From the IMG/VR virus record IMGVR_UViG_3300021256_000095, positions 10,791 to 74,790 of that record: a stretch of 64,000 nt of DNA, one strand, 5' to 3'. Under the pieces are notes generated by a model that worked only from the letters and a program-made list of their open reading frames with translations, was not told the DNA's origin and searched no databases. Every line of letters begins with the position of its first letter. Position 1 is the first letter of the stretch. Below are positions 60,907 to 64,000 of the stretch, in pieces. The DNA comes from a virus. Taxonomy: Duplodnaviria; Caudoviricetes. The position numbers and the translations under genes are program-made.

Positions 60907-61146
60907 TTACTCTCCATAAGTGATAGTTGCTGTTGCATCAGGCTCTTTTTCATCACAAAATTGCTTAGTTAAACTTACTTTATACCAAGCATCAATAACT
61001 TCACCTTGCTTTTTTCTTTCTTTATATTGAGAAGTATGTTTTACTAAAGTAAAACGATTATCTTTTTTTGCTTCGTCAATCATTTCAAGAACTTGATCCT
61101 CACTATCGACTCTATAAGTTTCAGTTACTTGAGTAAGATATTTCAT
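60907..61146 (-). CDS. Hypothetical protein
   Basis: 79 aa in the same operon. Confidence 0.65.
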   Translation of the reverse strand: MKYLTQVTETYRVDSEDQVLEMIDEAKKDNRFTLVKHTSQYKERKKQGEVIDAWYKVSLTKQFCDEKEPDATATITYGE

Positions 61147-61148
61147 AA

Positions 61149-61418
61149 TTATTCTCCTTTTATCTCTATATTTAATTTATTTTTTTCATATTTTACATAT
61201 TCTTTTGCTTGAATATCTTTTTTAGCCTTTTCAGCAAAAATTGTATTTCCATGTAACTCTACATCATTAATTTTGTAGGCTTCAGCCATAAACAAAATTT
61301 CATCAGCAAAATTTTTAAGACTTGTAAGTGATAAATCTATTGCATCTTTATTTTTTTCATCTAATACATATATTTTTTGTTTTGCATCAAAAGGTCTGAT
61401 ATAACTAACCAAAATCAT
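61149..61418 (-). CDS. Hypothetical protein
   Basis: 89 aa in the same operon. Confidence 0.6.
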   Translation of the reverse strand: MILVSYIRPFDAKQKIYVLDEKNKDAIDLSLTSLKNFADEILFMAEAYKINDVELHGNTIFAEKAKKDIQAKEYVKYEKNKLNIEIKGE

Positions 61419-61432
61419 AATGATCTCTCCTT

Positions 61433-61810
61433 TTATACATCACATTTGATGACTGCTTTATCATATGGGAAAAGATAATAACAATAAGCTTCGCCATCTA
61501 TCATAATCCATATTTCATAAGCTAAATCATCTTCCGTTTTATCTATTCCTACAACCTCTCCTCTTTCTACGCAGCATAAAATAGTTTCTTTTGCGGCGGT
61601 CGCGCATGAAGTTGAATGTTTACCAATCTGAAAAATTGTATAATCTCGTTGTTCATGACAAAGCATCATAGCAAATTCTACTACATTATTTTCAAAGAAA
61701 TCTTCTATAAGTTCTTGTTTGCGAGCAAGTTCCATATGAGTAAGAGGTTTCTCATATTTTTTAACCAATTCTTTATTATAATCATATAAATTACCAGCGT
61801 TTATATCCAT
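61433..61810 (-). CDS. Hypothetical protein
   Basis: 125 aa, AAGGAG RBS, own promoter. Confidence 0.65.
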   Translation of the reverse strand: MDINAGNLYDYNKELVKKYEKPLTHMELARKQELIEDFFENNVVEFAMMLCHEQRDYTIFQIGKHSTSCATAAKETILCCVERGEVVGIDKTEDDLAYEIWIMIDGEAYCYYLFPYDKAVIKCDV

Positions 61811-61875
61811 TATTAACTCTCCTTAAAATTCTTATATAAATATTATAATAAAAATTTTAAAAAAAATCAAGGGAA

Positions 61876-64000
61876 TTAATTCCCTTGATTAAATTTAATA
61901 TGTTTAACTCTCATTTCAGTTTCTTGTATCTTACCTTTATTAAATGCTGTAAGATAATCACCTGTTAAATATCCTGTTACTCTACGAAGTCTCTGGATAT
62001 GATCGCTCCCACAATTAGGACAAACCTTGTCTAATTCTACTTCACCTTGGAAACCGCAATCTAAGCAAGTATCTGCGGGAACATTAATAGCGAAGTATGG
62101 AATATCATGATCCATAGCATAATTTACAATAGTCTCAAGAGCATCAAGATTTTGCTGCGCACCTGAATCAAGTTCTACATAAGTTATACAACCTGCAGAA
62201 CTATATCCTGTAAGCTGAGATTCAATATCAATTTTTTCAAATGGATTAACATTAACCCATACTGGTACATGAATTGAATTGGTGAAAAAGTCTTTATCTG
62301 ATATGTTTGGTATTATACCATATTTAGCTTTGAATTTTTTCATAGCTGTATAACACATATTCTCCGCAGGTGTATAATAAACTCCAAAATTTAATTTATA
62401 TTCTTGCTTAAATTCAGCACACCTTTGCTTAAATAATGATTCAATTTGTTTAGCAAGTTCCATTCCTTCTTTTGTTGTATGATCTTTACCAATAAGGATT
62501 TGAAGAGTTTCTGCTAAACCAATTTGTCCAATAGCAAGAGTTCCATGTTTAAGAGCTGACCTAATACCTTCTTCAGGTTTATATCCTATCATTGTTCCAT
62601 TTTCATACATAAATTTTGCGGAAGCTGGTGATTGGTTACATATCCAATTAAATCTTTCAATTAACATATCTTTTGCTTCATGAATCTTATCATCAAGCAA
62701 GTCTAAGAAAGCTTCTACGTAACTATATAAATTAACATTGTTACAATTTGATTCATCTATAATTGCTAAAGGCGTATATTTATTTTCTTTATCCACTTTT
62801 TCTTTTGCTTCCATGGCTAAAGTCGGCATAATAATTGTTACAGGACAAATATTACCTCTACCATCTTTAGTCTGCGGGTTAACGCCTGGTTCAGCGTTGA
62901 TGTCAGCCCCGTTCGCCGTTCTGCAACCCATCGTGGAAAAATAGGTCTTAGGGTCATTACGATCATAACCTTCGTTCCCGCTCCAGTCAACATTCGCATA
63001 ATTTGGATAAAGTCTCTTTGCTGTTGATTCAAGAGCTAATTTATATAAATCATAGTTAGGAGTTCCTGGTCTATCATTAACACCTTTCATATACTGAAAG
63101 ATTCCACAAGGAAAAATACTTGTTTTATGAAGTTTTCCAACACCTTTAATGCAACCTTCAAGGAGAGCTTTTGTTACCATACGACCTTCAGGTAAAGTAC
63201 AAGTTCCATAATTAATAGAAGTAAATGGCAACTGATTACCGGACCTTGATTGAAGAGTATTAAGATTGTGATACATACCTTCAACCGCTTGCTTGATTTC
63301 TTTAAGAGTCATATCCCAAGCATAATCATAAGCAGCTGACCATTCTCCATGATTACCATAGATAGGATCTTCAATAGATGGATGTTCAGTAAAATAATAT
63401 TTATCATCATTACTTATTAAATCTGCCATCTTTTGAAAATGTTCATCATCACCTCGTTCAGCTTCAATGTATTGCATCCCAATTTTCCAATGCTTAATAA
63501 AACTTTTTCTTACATAAGGAACCATTGTCCAATCTAAGTGTGTAGCAGAAACGCCACCAAACTGTTGTAAACTCTGTAATTGAAAAATAACAGCAACTAA
63601 TTGAAAAGCTGTATTAATACTATTTGCAGGACGAACATCAGTTTGTCTTGTATTAAATCCATTTGCAAGTAAATCATCAAAAGGTATTGATAGGCAATTA
63701 TGCATACCAACCGCATATGAATCAAGGTCATGAATATAAATTTCATTATTTAGATGATTCTCTTTAGACTTTTTACTCATACAATAGTCTAAAGCAAAAT
63801 TTTTCATAATAACAGAATCTGCTTCACCCTTACGCCCGCCAAAACTATGCTCATCAACATTTGCATTTTGGTTATCAATAATTTCTCCTAATAATTTGCG
63901 TTTCATCTGTTGTGTAATTTCACTATTTAAGTTACGTTCTCTATTACGTTGTTCTCTATATAAAACATAAGCTTTAGCTACATCTTTTCTTTTTGTAGCC
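61876..64000 (-). CDS. nrdD: Anaerobic ribonucleoside-triphosphate reductase (class III), 5' end outside the window
   Basis: HIHDL-like IYIHDLD, MGCRT, glycyl-radical loop RLRRVTGYL; frame stays open to the window edge (end of ATP cone, DVAKAYVLYR). Confidence 0.95.
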   Translation of the reverse strand, partial: ATKRKDVAKAYVLYREQRNRERNLNSEITQQMKRKLLGEIIDNQNANVDEHSFGGRKGEADSVIMKNFALDYCMSKKSKENHLNNEIYIHDLDSYAVGMHNCLSIPFDDLLANGFNTRQTDVRPANSINTAFQLVAVIFQLQSLQQFGGVSATHLDWTMVPYVRKSFIKHWKIGMQYIEAERGDDEHFQKMADLISNDDKYYFTEHPSIEDPIYGNHGEWSAAYDYAWDMTLKEIKQAVEGMYHNLNTLQSRSGNQLPFTSINYGTCTLPEGRMVTKALLEGCIKGVGKLHKTSIFPCGIFQYMKGVNDRPGTPNYDLYKLALESTAKRLYPNYANVDWSGNEGYDRNDPKTYFSTMGCRTANGADINAEPGVNPQTKDGRGNICPVTIIMPTLAMEAKEKVDKENKYTPLAIIDESNCNNVNLYSYVEAFLDLLDDKIHEAKDMLIERFNWICNQSPASAKFMYENGTMIGYKPEEGIRSALKHGTLAIGQIGLAETLQILIGKDHTTKEGMELAKQIESLFKQRCAEFKQEYKLNFGVYYTPAENMCYTAMKKFKAKYGIIPNISDKDFFTNSIHVPVWVNVNPFEKIDIESQLTGYSSAGCITYVELDSGAQQNLDALETIVNYAMDHDIPYFAINVPADTCLDCGFQGEVELDKVCPNCGSDHIQRLRRVTGYLTGDYLTAFNKGKIQETEMRVKHIKFNQGN

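Overview
The window is an AT-rich segment of a large tailed dsDNA phage read in the standard code. Consensus sigma-A promoters, GGAGG ribosome-binding sites and DinR/LexA-type boxes point to a Firmicutes (probably Clostridia-like) host; that host call is inference. 0-6.5 kb: small, mostly minus-strand accessory genes (two HExxH peptidases, a HAD RNA-repair-type phosphatase, a Zn-finger/OB-fold protein). 6.5-7.4 kb: non-coding, with iteron-like repeats and a long hairpin. 7.4-23 kb: an array of about 15 repeated units. Each unit has a TTGCACAAA..TTTGTGCAA operator-like repeat, a rightward promoter making a short GC-rich hairpin RNA, a bidirectional terminator, and a cluster of tiny leftward cassettes that nearly all have their own promoter. 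The array holds tRNA-Lys, two tRNA-like RNAs each behind a paralogous winged-helix gene and followed by an anti-Shine-Dalgarno tail, several ORF-less cassettes and LexA-box-like sites. 23.7-59.7 kb: a siphovirus-type morphogenesis module (terL split by a 368-nt group I intron, portal, protease/scaffold, major capsid, tail tube, 2.8k-aa tape measure, tail tip, holin-like gene; no sheath or endolysin recognised). 59.7-64 kb: RuvC-like resolvase, dUTPase and a partial nrdD. All protein calls come from motif recognition by eye; no searches were run.
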